A stretch of DNA of 11,216 bases, taken from assembly GCA_041497895.1 (NCBI GenBank), contig JBGQHJ010000157.1:1-11216 (forward strand), written 5' to 3'. Shown here piece after piece: positions 1-7,006 of this stretch. This DNA comes from Candidatus Methylomirabilia bacterium (lineage in GTDB: Bacteria; Methylomirabilota; Methylomirabilia; Rokubacteriales; CSP1-6). Position numbers and translations under genes: made by a program. The notes beneath the pieces were generated by a model, which saw only the letters and a program-made list of their open reading frames with translations, made no database searches and had not been told where the DNA came from. Position 1 is the first letter of the stretch; every line of letters starts with the position of its first letter.

Positions 1-2
1 AC

Positions 3-38
3 CCTGACCTGGCATACCGCTTGCTGCTCTCCGTCTGA
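3..38 (+). CDS. Possible 3' end of an upstream gene (partial)
   Basis: Frame 3 reads PDLAYRLLLSV then TGA at 36-38. Too short to verify. Confidence 0.3.
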   Translation, partial: PDLAYRLLLSV

Positions 39-107
39 AGCCCCGCCCGGGGAATCGTTCGATCTCGATCTTGACAGATTGACACCGGCGGTGACGGAGG
101 AGCGTAC

Positions 108-731
108 ATGGACTTGACACCGAGCAGCACGGCCAGCGACGCCACCAGCCCGTTCCGGCGGCCCCCCGCACGGCCCCCGGCCTCGCCCGCGCCTCGTCCT
201 TCGCCCGCCTTCGGACCCGTCCCGCCCGCGCCTCGTCCTTCGCCCGGCTTCGGACCCGTCCCGCCCGCGCCCCTGACGGCGCCAGTCCCGAGCGCGTCTC
301 CGGCCGCGGTCGCCGCGCCCGCCGCGGGCGGCACGCGCCAGATGTGGGAGCAGCGCCGGCGCAGCGGGGCGCGCTGGTTCTACTGGGTCGCGGGCCTCTC
401 GCTCGTCAACTCGCTGGCGTCGCTCGCCGGCCAGAAGTGGCGCTTCGTCCTGGGGCTCGGCATCACCCAGCTCGCGGACGCGCTCGCCGCCCACTCGGGC
501 CGCGGGATCGAGGTCGTGGCGGTGCTGGACGCGGTCATCGTCGCCAGCTTCGTGCTGCTCGGCCGCTTCGCGCAGCAGGGCCGGGTCTGGGCCTTCGGGG
601 TGGGCGCGGCGATCTACGCGCTCGACGGCCTCATCTTCCTGGGCCTGCGGGACTGGGTCGGCGTCGCCTTCCACGTCTTCGTGCTGGTGATGACCGTGCG
701 CGGTCTCGACGCGGCGCGCCGCCTGGCGTAG
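108..731 (+). CDS. Hypothetical integral membrane protein (about 4-5 TM helices) with a Pro-rich low-complexity N-terminal tail
   Basis: ATG at 108 preceded by a GGAGGAG RBS (96-102). The first ~75 aa are Pro/Ala/Ser-rich with a 13-aa duplication. The rest is hydrophobic segments (WFYWVAGLSLVNSL, VVAVLDAVIVASFVLLG, WAFGVGAAIYALDGLIFL, WVGVAFHVFVLVMTV). GC3-rich codons; TAG at 729-731. Confidence 0.85.
   Translation: MDLTPSSTASDATSPFRRPPARPPASPAPRPSPAFGPVPPAPRPSPGFGPVPPAPLTAPVPSASPAAVAAPAAGGTRQMWEQRRRSGARWFYWVAGLSLVNSLASLAGQKWRFVLGLGITQLADALAAHSGRGIEVVAVLDAVIVASFVLLGRFAQQGRVWAFGVGAAIYALDGLIFLGLRDWVGVAFHVFVLVMTVRGLDAARRLA
184..271 (+). repeat. 39-bp in-frame tandem repeat, ~2.25 copies
   Basis: Unit cgcccgcgcctcgtccttcgcccg(c/g)cttcggacccgtcc at 184-222 and 223-261 (one mismatch), partial third copy 262-271. 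Encodes PAPRPSP[A/G]FGPVP. Confidence 0.95.
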
Positions 732-763
732 CCGGCGGCCCGAGCCCCGCGGGGCCGCGCTAC
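728..763. terminator. GC-rich hairpin between convergent genes (possible bidirectional terminator/stability element)
   Basis: gcggccc (735-741) pairs with gggccgc (752-758); outer gtagc/gctac arms include both stop codons. No U-tract. Confidence 0.4.
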
Positions 764-1278
764 TGCAGTCGCGCGGGAGGCTTCCGGGTGGGCTCGGACT
801 TCACGAGCGGGTCCAGGATGCGCGAGAGGCGCGCCTCGTCCGCCCGTCCCCGGATGCGCGCCACGATCTCCCCGCGCTTGTTGACCACCACGGTGTAGGG
901 CGTGCCGCGGAAGCCGAAGCGGTTGGCGATCTTGAGCCGCGGATCGAGGCCGGCCGGATACGTCGCCTTGTTGGCCTTCAGGAACTGCCGCGCGTCGGCC
1001 TCCGTGTCCTGCACCTGGATGCTCACGAACTCCACGCCGCTCGTCCGATATTTCTGGTAGAGCCGCTCGATCCCCGCCGCCTCCTCGTTGCAGACCTTGC
1101 ACCAGGACGCCTGGAAGCGGACCACCAGCAGGCGCTTGCCGATCTGGGCGCGCGAGTCGAAGTGGCCGGAGCCGTCGAGGAGCGTGACGGTGAACGCGGG
1201 CGCCGCGGGCGCCGCCGCAGCCGGCGCGGCCGGCGCGGCCAGGGCGAGACAGGCCAGCGTGATCAGGAGGCGTCGCAC
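760..1278 (-). CDS. TlpA/ResA-like thiol-disulfide oxidoreductase (thioredoxin fold, AhpC/TSA-redoxin domain) with signal peptide
   Basis: C-terminal part of ORF 760..2025(-). GTG at 1278 gives MRRLLITLACLALAAPAAPAAA (signal peptide), APAFTVTLLDG, FQASWCKVC (CxxC) and FGFRGTPYTVVVNKRGEI (cis-Pro loop). 172 aa. Confidence 0.9.
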   Translation of the reverse strand: MRRLLITLACLALAAPAAPAAAAPAAPAFTVTLLDGSGHFDSRAQIGKRLLVVRFQASWCKVCNEEAAGIERLYQKYRTSGVEFVSIQVQDTEADARQFLKANKATYPAGLDPRLKIANRFGFRGTPYTVVVNKRGEIVARIRGRADEARLSRILDPLVKSEPTRKPPARLQ

Positions 1279-1284
1279 CGTTCC

Positions 1285-1290
1285 AGTATA
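1285..1290 (-). promoter_or_regulatory. Putative -10 element TATACT, leaderless-type, for the TlpA-like gene
   Basis: Minus strand reads TATACT-ggaacg-GTG. An AT-rich hexamer in a GC-rich background, 6 nt from the start codon, with no SD. Confidence 0.6.
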
Positions 1291-1331
1291 GTCCGCGGCG
1301 GGCGCGGACGGCAGCCGCGGCGCGCGGGCGC

Positions 1332-1763
1332 TCAGACCGGCCCGAAGCCCGGCCGGGGCGAGCTCGGGGGAGCGGGGCGCCGGAACGCCGAGCGGGAGTC
1401 GAGCATCTGGCGGATGGCGGCGAGGAGATCGCCGGTGCGGAACGGCTTGGACAGGAGCGGCCGTCCGGAGCCCTTCACCGCCGCGGTGACGTAGCCGGAC
1501 ATCAGGAGCACCTTCGTGCTCGGGCTCGCGGCCTCCACGCGCTGGGCCAGCTCGATCCCGTTCATGATCGGCATGACCACGTCGGTGAGGAGCAGCTGGA
1601 TCGGCTGGCTCTCCGCGATGCGCCGGGCCTCGATCGGATCGCCGGTATCGATCACGGTGTAGCCGTTGAGGGTGAGCACCTCCCGGATCAGGGCGCGCAC
1701 CTCCGCCTCGTCGTCGACCACGAGGATCGTCGCGCCCTTGTCGCCGTCTTTCGTCTCGGTCAT
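1332..1763 (-). CDS. Single-domain response regulator (CheY-like receiver) with a Pro/Arg-rich C-terminal tail
   Basis: ATG at 1763 with GGAGG (1773-1777). Motifs ILVVDDE, LLLTDVVMPIMNG (phosphoacceptor Asp), LLMSGY, LSKPF. No output domain; tail SAFRRPAPPSSPRPGFGPV. 143 aa. Confidence 0.93.
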   Translation of the reverse strand: MTETKDGDKGATILVVDDEAEVRALIREVLTLNGYTVIDTGDPIEARRIAESQPIQLLLTDVVMPIMNGIELAQRVEAASPSTKVLLMSGYVTAAVKGSGRPLLSKPFRTGDLLAAIRQMLDSRSAFRRPAPPSSPRPGFGPV

Positions 1764-1817
1764 CGATCGATGCCTCCGGCGCCTCCCCGAGTGCGGGGCA
1801 GGTGCCAAGGGCGCCCC

Positions 1818-1823
1818 ATTGTA
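1818..1823 (-). promoter_or_regulatory. Putative -10 element TACAAT for the response regulator
   Basis: Plus-strand attgta = minus-strand TACAAT, ~55 nt upstream of the ATG in the divergent intergenic region. No clear -35 seen. Confidence 0.45.
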
Positions 1824-1930
1824 ACTCATCGGTTTCGTGGGAGCCGCGCGACCCGCGGCGGCCGACACCACGTATTTTCTCCCCATCGGGCGCGGGTGGT
1901 TGCTTCCCGCCCGCGCCACGGCCGGCGAAG

Positions 1931-1960
1931 TTGCGGACGTCGCGGCGTTGGCCCCATAAT
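1931..1960 (+). promoter_or_regulatory. Putative sigma70-type promoter TTGCGG-N18-CATAAT, leaderless-type
   Basis: TTGCGG at 1931-1936, CATAAT at 1955-1960, then cccgcc and ATG at 1967. No SD sequence. Confidence 0.6.
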
Positions 1961-1966
1961 CCCGCC

Positions 1967-4843
1967 ATGAACGACCTCGAGCACGAGCTGCGGCGTCGCG
2001 TCGAGGGCGACGTGCGCTTCGACACCTACTCCCGGCTGCTGTACTCGACCGACGCGTCCATGTACCAGATGGAGCCGATCGGGGTGGTGATCCCGCGGCA
2101 CGCCGGCGACGTGCAGGCCGCGGTCGAGATCGCCAACCAGCAGGGGGTGCCGCTCCTGCCCCGGGGCGGCGGGACCTCGCTCACCGGCCAGACCGTGAAC
2201 CGCGCGGTGGTGCTCGATTTCTCGCGGCACATGGGTGGCGTGCTCGAGGTCAATCGCGAGGAGCTATGGGCGCGCGTGCAGCCCGGGCTGGTGCAGGACG
2301 AGCTCAATCACCACGTGCGGCCGCTCGGGCTGCTCTTCGGCCCGGACACCTCCACGTCGAACCGCGCCACGCTCGGCGGCATGATCGGCAACAACTCGGG
2401 CGGCTCCCACTCGATCGCCTACGGGCTCACGGTGGAGCACGTCATCGAGATCCAGACCATCCTGGCCGACGGCAGCCGCGCCACCTTCGGCCCGGTGACT
2501 CCCGAGCAGTTCGCGGCCAAGATGCGCCTGCCCGGCCTCGAGGGCCAGATCTACCGGGAGATGGACCGCATCCGCACCCGGTACGCGGTGGAGATCCGCA
2601 CCCGCTATCCACGGCACTGGCGGCGCGTCTGCGGCTACAACCTGGACGAGCTGGTGAAGGAGCGGCCGCTCAACATGGCCCGCCTCATCGTGGGCTCGGA
2701 GGGGACCTTCCTCACGGTGGTGGAGGCGAAGGTGCGCCTGGTACGAAAGCCCAAGGCGACCGCGCTCGACGTGATCCACTACCACGACATGCAGGAGGCG
2801 CTCGAGTCCTCGCAGGCGATCCTCGAGACCGGGCCGTACGCGGTCGAGCTCACCGACAAGATGATCCTCGACCTGGCCCGCAACAACATCGAGCAGTCGC
2901 AGCGCATGGGCTTCGTCCAGGGCGACCCCGCCGCGATCCTCATCGTGGAGTACGCGGGCGACACCGAGCAGGAGGTGAAGGCCAAGGTCGCGGACCTCGA
3001 GGCCCGGCGGAGCCGAGGGCACTTCGGCTACGCGTCCCACATCGCGGCCGATTCGGCGGAGCAGCAGTCGATCTGGAAGCTGCGCAAGGCCGGGCTGGGT
3101 CTGCTCCTGGGGACGCGCGGGGAGTCGAAACCCATCGCGTTCATCGAGGACACCGCGGTGGACCCGAAGCACCTGCCCGAGTTCGTGCCGCGGTTCACCG
3201 AGATCATGACCAAGCACGGCGCCGACGCGGCCTACTACGGCCACTGCTCGGTGGGATGTCTGCACATCCGCCCGCTCATCAATCTCAAGACCGAGCGCGG
3301 GCTCGAGCAGGTGCGGGTGATGGCGGAGGAGATCTTCGATCTCGTCCTCTCCTTCGGCGGCGCCATCTCGAGCGAGCACGGCGACGGGCGCGCGCGGAGC
3401 CCATTCCTGGAGCGGGTGTTCGGGCCCACCATGTTCCGGGCCTTCCAGGAGACCAAGGCCGCCTTCGACCCGCGCGGGCTCATGAACCCCGGCAACATCG
3501 TGGGCAGCCCGGGTGTCACCGAGCACCTGCGCTACGGCCCGACCTACAAGACGTGGGAGCCCAAGACGCTGCTCGACTTCAGCGCCCAGGGCGGCTTCAC
3601 CGCGGCGGTGGAGATGTGCAACGGGGTCGGGGTCTGCCGCAAGAAGCTCGAGGGCACCATGTGCCCGTCGTACATGGCCACTCGCGACGAGGAGCACTCG
3701 ACCCGCGGCCGCGCCAACGCGCTGCGGGCGGTGCTCTCCGGCAAGGTGCCGGAGGCCGACTTCGCGGGCCGGCGCCTCTACGAGGTGATGGACCTCTGCC
3801 TCGAGTGCAAGGGCTGCAAGGCGGAGTGCCCGTCCAACGTGGACATGGCCAAGATGAAGTACGAGTTCCTGCACCACTACTACTCGGTGAACGGGCTCCC
3901 GCTGCGGAACCGGCTCTTCGGCCACATCGCGAAGCTCTCCTGGTTCGGCTCGCGCCTGGCCCCGATCTCGAACTGGATCGCGCGCTCCTGGCCGAACCGC
4001 TGGCTCATGGAGCGGATGGCCGGCATCGACCGGCGCCGGCCGCTGCCCCGCTTCGCCCGCGAGACCTTCACCGACTGGTTCGACGCGCGGCGCGCGCCGC
4101 GGGAAGCACCGCGGGGCGACGTGGTGCTCTTCCACGACACCTTCGTCACCTACAACGCGCCCGAGATCGGGCGGGCCGCGGTGGAGCTGCTGGAGGCGGG
4201 CGGCTACCGGGTCCAGCTCGTGGACAAGAAGTGCTGCGGGCGGCCGCTCATCTCCAAGGGCATGCTCGAGGAGGCGAAGGCCCACGCGGCGTGGAACGTG
4301 GCGCGCCTGCACCCGTGGGTGGCGCGCGGCGCGGCCGTCGTCGGTCTCGAGCCGTCGTGCCTGCTCACCCTGCGCGACGAGACGGTGGAGCTGGTGCGGA
4401 CCGACGAGGCCCGGCAGGTCGCGGCCGCGTCGTTCCTCCTCGAGGAGTTCCTGCTGCGCGAGAGGGCCCGCGGCCTCACCCTGCCGTTCCGCCCGCCGCT
4501 CCCGGATGGCGCGCGGAAGCAGGCGCTGCTCCACGGTCACTGCCACCAGAAGGCGATGGTGGGCACCGCGCCCACCGTGGCCGTGCTGCGGTGGGCCGGT
4601 TTCGACGTGGCGGAGGTGGACTCGGGCTGCTGCGGCATGGCCGGGTCCTTCGGCTTCGAGCGGGAGCATTACGATCTCTCGGTGAGCCTCGGCAACCGGC
4701 GGCTCGCCCCCGCCGTGAAGTCCGCCGCCGTCGAGACCGAGATCGTGGCGCCCGGCGTATCCTGCCGCCAGCAGATCGAGCACCTGGCCGGCCGGCCTGC
4801 GCGGCATCCCGCCCAGGTCCTGCGCGACGCGCTGTCGTCCTGA
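1967..4843 (+). CDS. FAD-binding and Fe-S-binding oxidoreductase (GlcD-like FAD-linked oxidase fused to GlcF-like Fe-S/CCG domains; YdiJ/D-lactate dehydrogenase-like)
   Basis: Starts MNDLEHELRRRVEGDVRFD. FAD motifs PRGGGTSLTGQ, ATLGGMIGNNSGG, GSEGT. C-terminal oxidase motifs GHCSVGCLH and SEHGDG. Fe-S motifs CNGVGVCRK..MCPS and CLECKGCKAECP. Two CCG motifs (KKCCGR, SGCCGMAG). 958 aa. Confidence 0.95.
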   Translation: MNDLEHELRRRVEGDVRFDTYSRLLYSTDASMYQMEPIGVVIPRHAGDVQAAVEIANQQGVPLLPRGGGTSLTGQTVNRAVVLDFSRHMGGVLEVNREELWARVQPGLVQDELNHHVRPLGLLFGPDTSTSNRATLGGMIGNNSGGSHSIAYGLTVEHVIEIQTILADGSRATFGPVTPEQFAAKMRLPGLEGQIYREMDRIRTRYAVEIRTRYPRHWRRVCGYNLDELVKERPLNMARLIVGSEGTFLTVVEAKVRLVRKPKATALDVIHYHDMQEALESSQAILETGPYAVELTDKMILDLARNNIEQSQRMGFVQGDPAAILIVEYAGDTEQEVKAKVADLEARRSRGHFGYASHIAADSAEQQSIWKLRKAGLGLLLGTRGESKPIAFIEDTAVDPKHLPEFVPRFTEIMTKHGADAAYYGHCSVGCLHIRPLINLKTERGLEQVRVMAEEIFDLVLSFGGAISSEHGDGRARSPFLERVFGPTMFRAFQETKAAFDPRGLMNPGNIVGSPGVTEHLRYGPTYKTWEPKTLLDFSAQGGFTAAVEMCNGVGVCRKKLEGTMCPSYMATRDEEHSTRGRANALRAVLSGKVPEADFAGRRLYEVMDLCLECKGCKAECPSNVDMAKMKYEFLHHYYSVNGLPLRNRLFGHIAKLSWFGSRLAPISNWIARSWPNRWLMERMAGIDRRRPLPRFARETFTDWFDARRAPREAPRGDVVLFHDTFVTYNAPEIGRAAVELLEAGGYRVQLVDKKCCGRPLISKGMLEEAKAHAAWNVARLHPWVARGAAVVGLEPSCLLTLRDETVELVRTDEARQVAAASFLLEEFLLRERARGLTLPFRPPLPDGARKQALLHGHCHQKAMVGTAPTVAVLRWAGFDVAEVDSGCCGMAGSFGFEREHYDLSVSLGNRRLAPAVKSAAVETEIVAPGVSCRQQIEHLAGRPARHPAQVLRDALSS

Positions 4844-4868
4844 TCCCGGCTCCCTGCCGAGCCGGCCG

Positions 4869-5663
4869 ATGGACAACCTGGCGCTCAAGCTCGTCCTGAC
4901 GCCCGCCCTGATCGGGACGGCGACCCTCGTGGGGCGCCGGTGGGGCCAGTCGGTCGGGGGCTGGCTCGTGGGCCTGCCGCTCACCACCGGCCCGGTGGCC
5001 TTCTTCATCGCGCTCGACCACGGCGCGGCCTTCGGGGCCGCCGCGGTGGTCGGCTCGCTCGTGGGCGCCATCGCCGAGGCCGTCTTCAGCGTGGCCTACG
5101 GCTGGAGCGCGACGCGCACCGCGTGGCCGCCCGCGCTGCTGGCCGGCTCGGTCGCGTATGCGGTGACCGCCGCGGTGCTGCAGCCCTTCGGGCTCGGCCC
5201 GGCCGCCCTCTTCGGCTTGGTGGTCGCGGCGCTCGCGATCTCGATCCGGCTGATGCCCGCGGTCGTCTCGGGGGCCACGCCGGCCGCGCCACCGCGCTGG
5301 GACCTGCCGGCCCGCATGGTGCTCGCCACCGCGGTGGTGCTCGCGCTGACCGCGCTCGCCCCGCGGCTCGGGGCGCGGTGGAGCGGGCTGCTCGCGACCT
5401 ACCCGCTCTTCGCCGCCATCCTGACCGCGTTCGGCCATCGGATGCAGGGGACGGGCGCGGCGCTGAGCGTGCTGCGCGGGCTGCTCTTCGGGCTATTCTC
5501 CTTCGCGGCCTTCTGCCTGGTGCTGGCGGTGGGCCTGGTCCCGCTCGGCATCGCGGGCGCCTTCGTGATGGCCATCGCGGTGGCCGCGCTGGTGCAGGGG
5601 ATCGCGCTCTGGCGGATGCGGGCGCCGGGGGCCCCCTTGACTCGCGGGAGCCGTGACCTCTAG
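4869..5663 (+). CDS. Hypothetical multi-pass membrane protein (~8 TM) with two homologous halves, possibly DUF3147-like
   Basis: Highly hydrophobic 264 aa ORF 25 nt after the oxidoreductase. The halves align: LALKLVLTPALIGTATLVGRRWGQSVGGWLVGLP vs LPARMVLATAVVLALTALAPRLGARWSGLLATYP. The family name is a recollection, not a search result. Confidence 0.85.
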   Translation: MDNLALKLVLTPALIGTATLVGRRWGQSVGGWLVGLPLTTGPVAFFIALDHGAAFGAAAVVGSLVGAIAEAVFSVAYGWSATRTAWPPALLAGSVAYAVTAAVLQPFGLGPAALFGLVVAALAISIRLMPAVVSGATPAAPPRWDLPARMVLATAVVLALTALAPRLGARWSGLLATYPLFAAILTAFGHRMQGTGAALSVLRGLLFGLFSFAAFCLVLAVGLVPLGIAGAFVMAIAVAALVQGIALWRMRAPGAPLTRGSRDL

Positions 5664-5725
5664 ATAGTCGGGGCGTCGACTCGCGGCAGATCCGGCGCGC
5701 CCCACCTCGACAAGGAGATTCGCGC

Positions 5726-6739
5726 ATGAGGGCTTCCTTCTACGAAGGCTCCCGCACGTTTCGCACCGGCCCGATCACCCGCCCGTCGCGCGCGCCCGAC
5801 CAGGCGCTGCTCCGGGTGCGGCGCGCCGGCATCTGCGGCACCGACCTGCACATCTTCCAGGGGCACCTCGACCACCGCATTCCCAAGGGCGGGATCATCG
5901 GGCACGAGACCTTCGCGGAGGTGGTGGAGGCGCCGGGCGGCAGCGGCTTCCAGCCGGGCGATCGGGTGGTGGTCGAGCCGATCCATTCCTGCGGCGAGTG
6001 CCGCGCCTGCCGGATGGGCGGCTACTACCTCTGTTACCGGCTCCAGATCTACGGCGTGGAGCTGCCGGGCGGCATGCAGGACTACTGGGCGGTGCCCGCG
6101 TCCCGGATGCTGCACGTGCCCGCCTCGCTCGGCGACGACCAGGCCGCGATGATCGAGCCGCTCGCGGTCGCCACCCACGACGTGCGGCGCGCGGAGGTGA
6201 AGGCGGGCGACACGGTGCTCGTGCTGGGGGGCGGGCCGATCGGTGCCCTGATCGCGATGGTCTGCCGGCACCGCGGCGCGCGGGTGATCGTGAGCGAGGT
6301 GAATCCGTTCCGGATCGACCTCTTGCGCGGGCTCGGCCTCGAGGTGATCGGCATGGACGCCGACCCGGTCCGATTCGTCAACGAGTGGACGGCGGGGCAG
6401 GGAGTCGACGTGGCCTTCGAGGTGACCGGCCATCCGGCGGCCGCGCGCGTGATGACCGAGACCGTGCGCGTGTGGGGCACGGTGAGCATCGTCGCGATCC
6501 ACTCCGAGCCCACGCCGGTGAATCTCTACCCGATGTTCGCCCGCGAGGTCACCATGCACGGCAGCCGACTCTACAACCGCCAGGACTGGGAGGAAGCGAT
6601 CCGGCTGGCCGCCGCGGGGGCGGTGACCCTCGCGCCGCTGGTGAGCCGGAAGATCCCGCTCGAGGGGCTGCAGGAGGGGATGGAGGAGGCGCTGCGGGGC
6701 GGGCCGGTGATGAAGGTGCTGGTCGATCTGACCGCCTGA
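5726..6739 (+). CDS. Zn-dependent medium-chain dehydrogenase (sorbitol/threonine/sugar-acid dehydrogenase-like MDR)
   Basis: AAGGAG RBS (5712-5717). Catalytic Zn motifs GICGTDLH and GHE; structural Zn motif CGECRACRMGGYYLC; IEPLAVATH; Rossmann motif VLVLGGGPIG. 337 aa. Confidence 0.95.
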   Translation: MRASFYEGSRTFRTGPITRPSRAPDQALLRVRRAGICGTDLHIFQGHLDHRIPKGGIIGHETFAEVVEAPGGSGFQPGDRVVVEPIHSCGECRACRMGGYYLCYRLQIYGVELPGGMQDYWAVPASRMLHVPASLGDDQAAMIEPLAVATHDVRRAEVKAGDTVLVLGGGPIGALIAMVCRHRGARVIVSEVNPFRIDLLRGLGLEVIGMDADPVRFVNEWTAGQGVDVAFEVTGHPAAARVMTETVRVWGTVSIVAIHSEPTPVNLYPMFAREVTMHGSRLYNRQDWEEAIRLAAAGAVTLAPLVSRKIPLEGLQEGMEEALRGGPVMKVLVDLTA

Positions 6740-6742
6740 GGC

Positions 6743-6823
6743 GGGCCCTCTCACCCTGCCCTCGCCCCACGGGGGAGACGAGAACCCTCTCCCCTCTGGG
6801 GCGAGGGCAGGGTGAGAGGGCCC
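6743..6823. repeat. Long inverted repeat made of two head-to-head BoxC/REP-like units
   Basis: Perfect 27-bp arms gggccctctcaccctgccctcgcccca (6743-6769) and tggggcgagggcagggtgagagggccc (6797-6823). Inner 7-bp stem ggggaga/tctcccc (6772-6778/6788-6794) with a 9-nt loop. Fills the gap between convergent genes. Confidence 0.9.
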
Positions 6824-6829
6824 TCTCCG

Positions 6830-7006
6830 CTACTTGTCCTTGATGGCGGCCTGCACCTTGGCCACCATCTCGGGCGGGATCGCCGCGAGCCCGTGGTCCT
6901 TCTTGGCGTGCTCGGCTCCCTTGGCCATCACCTCGGCCACGTCCTTGCCTTCCATGACGGCGCTGCAGCCCGGCATCAGATCTCCACACCGTAGGATCTT
7001 GGCCAT
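6830..7006 (-). CDS. DUF1059 family small putative metal-binding protein
   Basis: ATG at 7006 with GAGGAG RBS (7013-7018). MAKILRCGDLMPGCSAVMEGKDVAEVMAKGAEHAKKDHG matches the C-x6-C ... H-x4-H pattern of DUF1059. 58 aa. Confidence 0.88.
   Translation of the reverse strand: MAKILRCGDLMPGCSAVMEGKDVAEVMAKGAEHAKKDHGLAAIPPEMVAKVQAAIKDK

Noticed and set aside
184..271. CRISPR-like repeat
   Set aside because: The copies are directly adjacent with no spacers, lie in frame within a CDS, and no cas genes are present.
776..790. TlpA C-tail RKPPAR resembling RRPPAR in the first protein
   Set aside because: A short low-complexity match lacking both Phe anchors, and the protein is predicted to be exported.
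1802..1966. 55-aa N-terminal extension of the oxidoreductase, and the similar extension of the regulator ORF to 1919
   Set aside because: They overlap the divergent promoter region and lack domain-like sequence. Better starts exist at 1967 and 1763.
760..2025. 421 aa ORF suggesting a long N-terminal extension or fusion on the thioredoxin
   Set aside because: The upstream part is an off-frame read of the response regulator. A signal peptide and -10 box define the start at 1278.
2264..5071. 935 aa antisense ORF and 877 aa alternate-frame ORF (2266..4899)
   Set aside because: They shadow the well-supported oxidoreductase. The Arg/Gly/Ala/His-rich, motif-free translations are the expected by-product of high GC3 codon bias.
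5637..5686. TTGACT at 5637 with a possible -10 near 5661-5668, and a 9-bp direct repeat gactcgcgg (5639-5647, 5678-5686)
   Set aside because: No TANNNT at canonical spacing, and a 9-bp GC-rich repeat could arise by chance.
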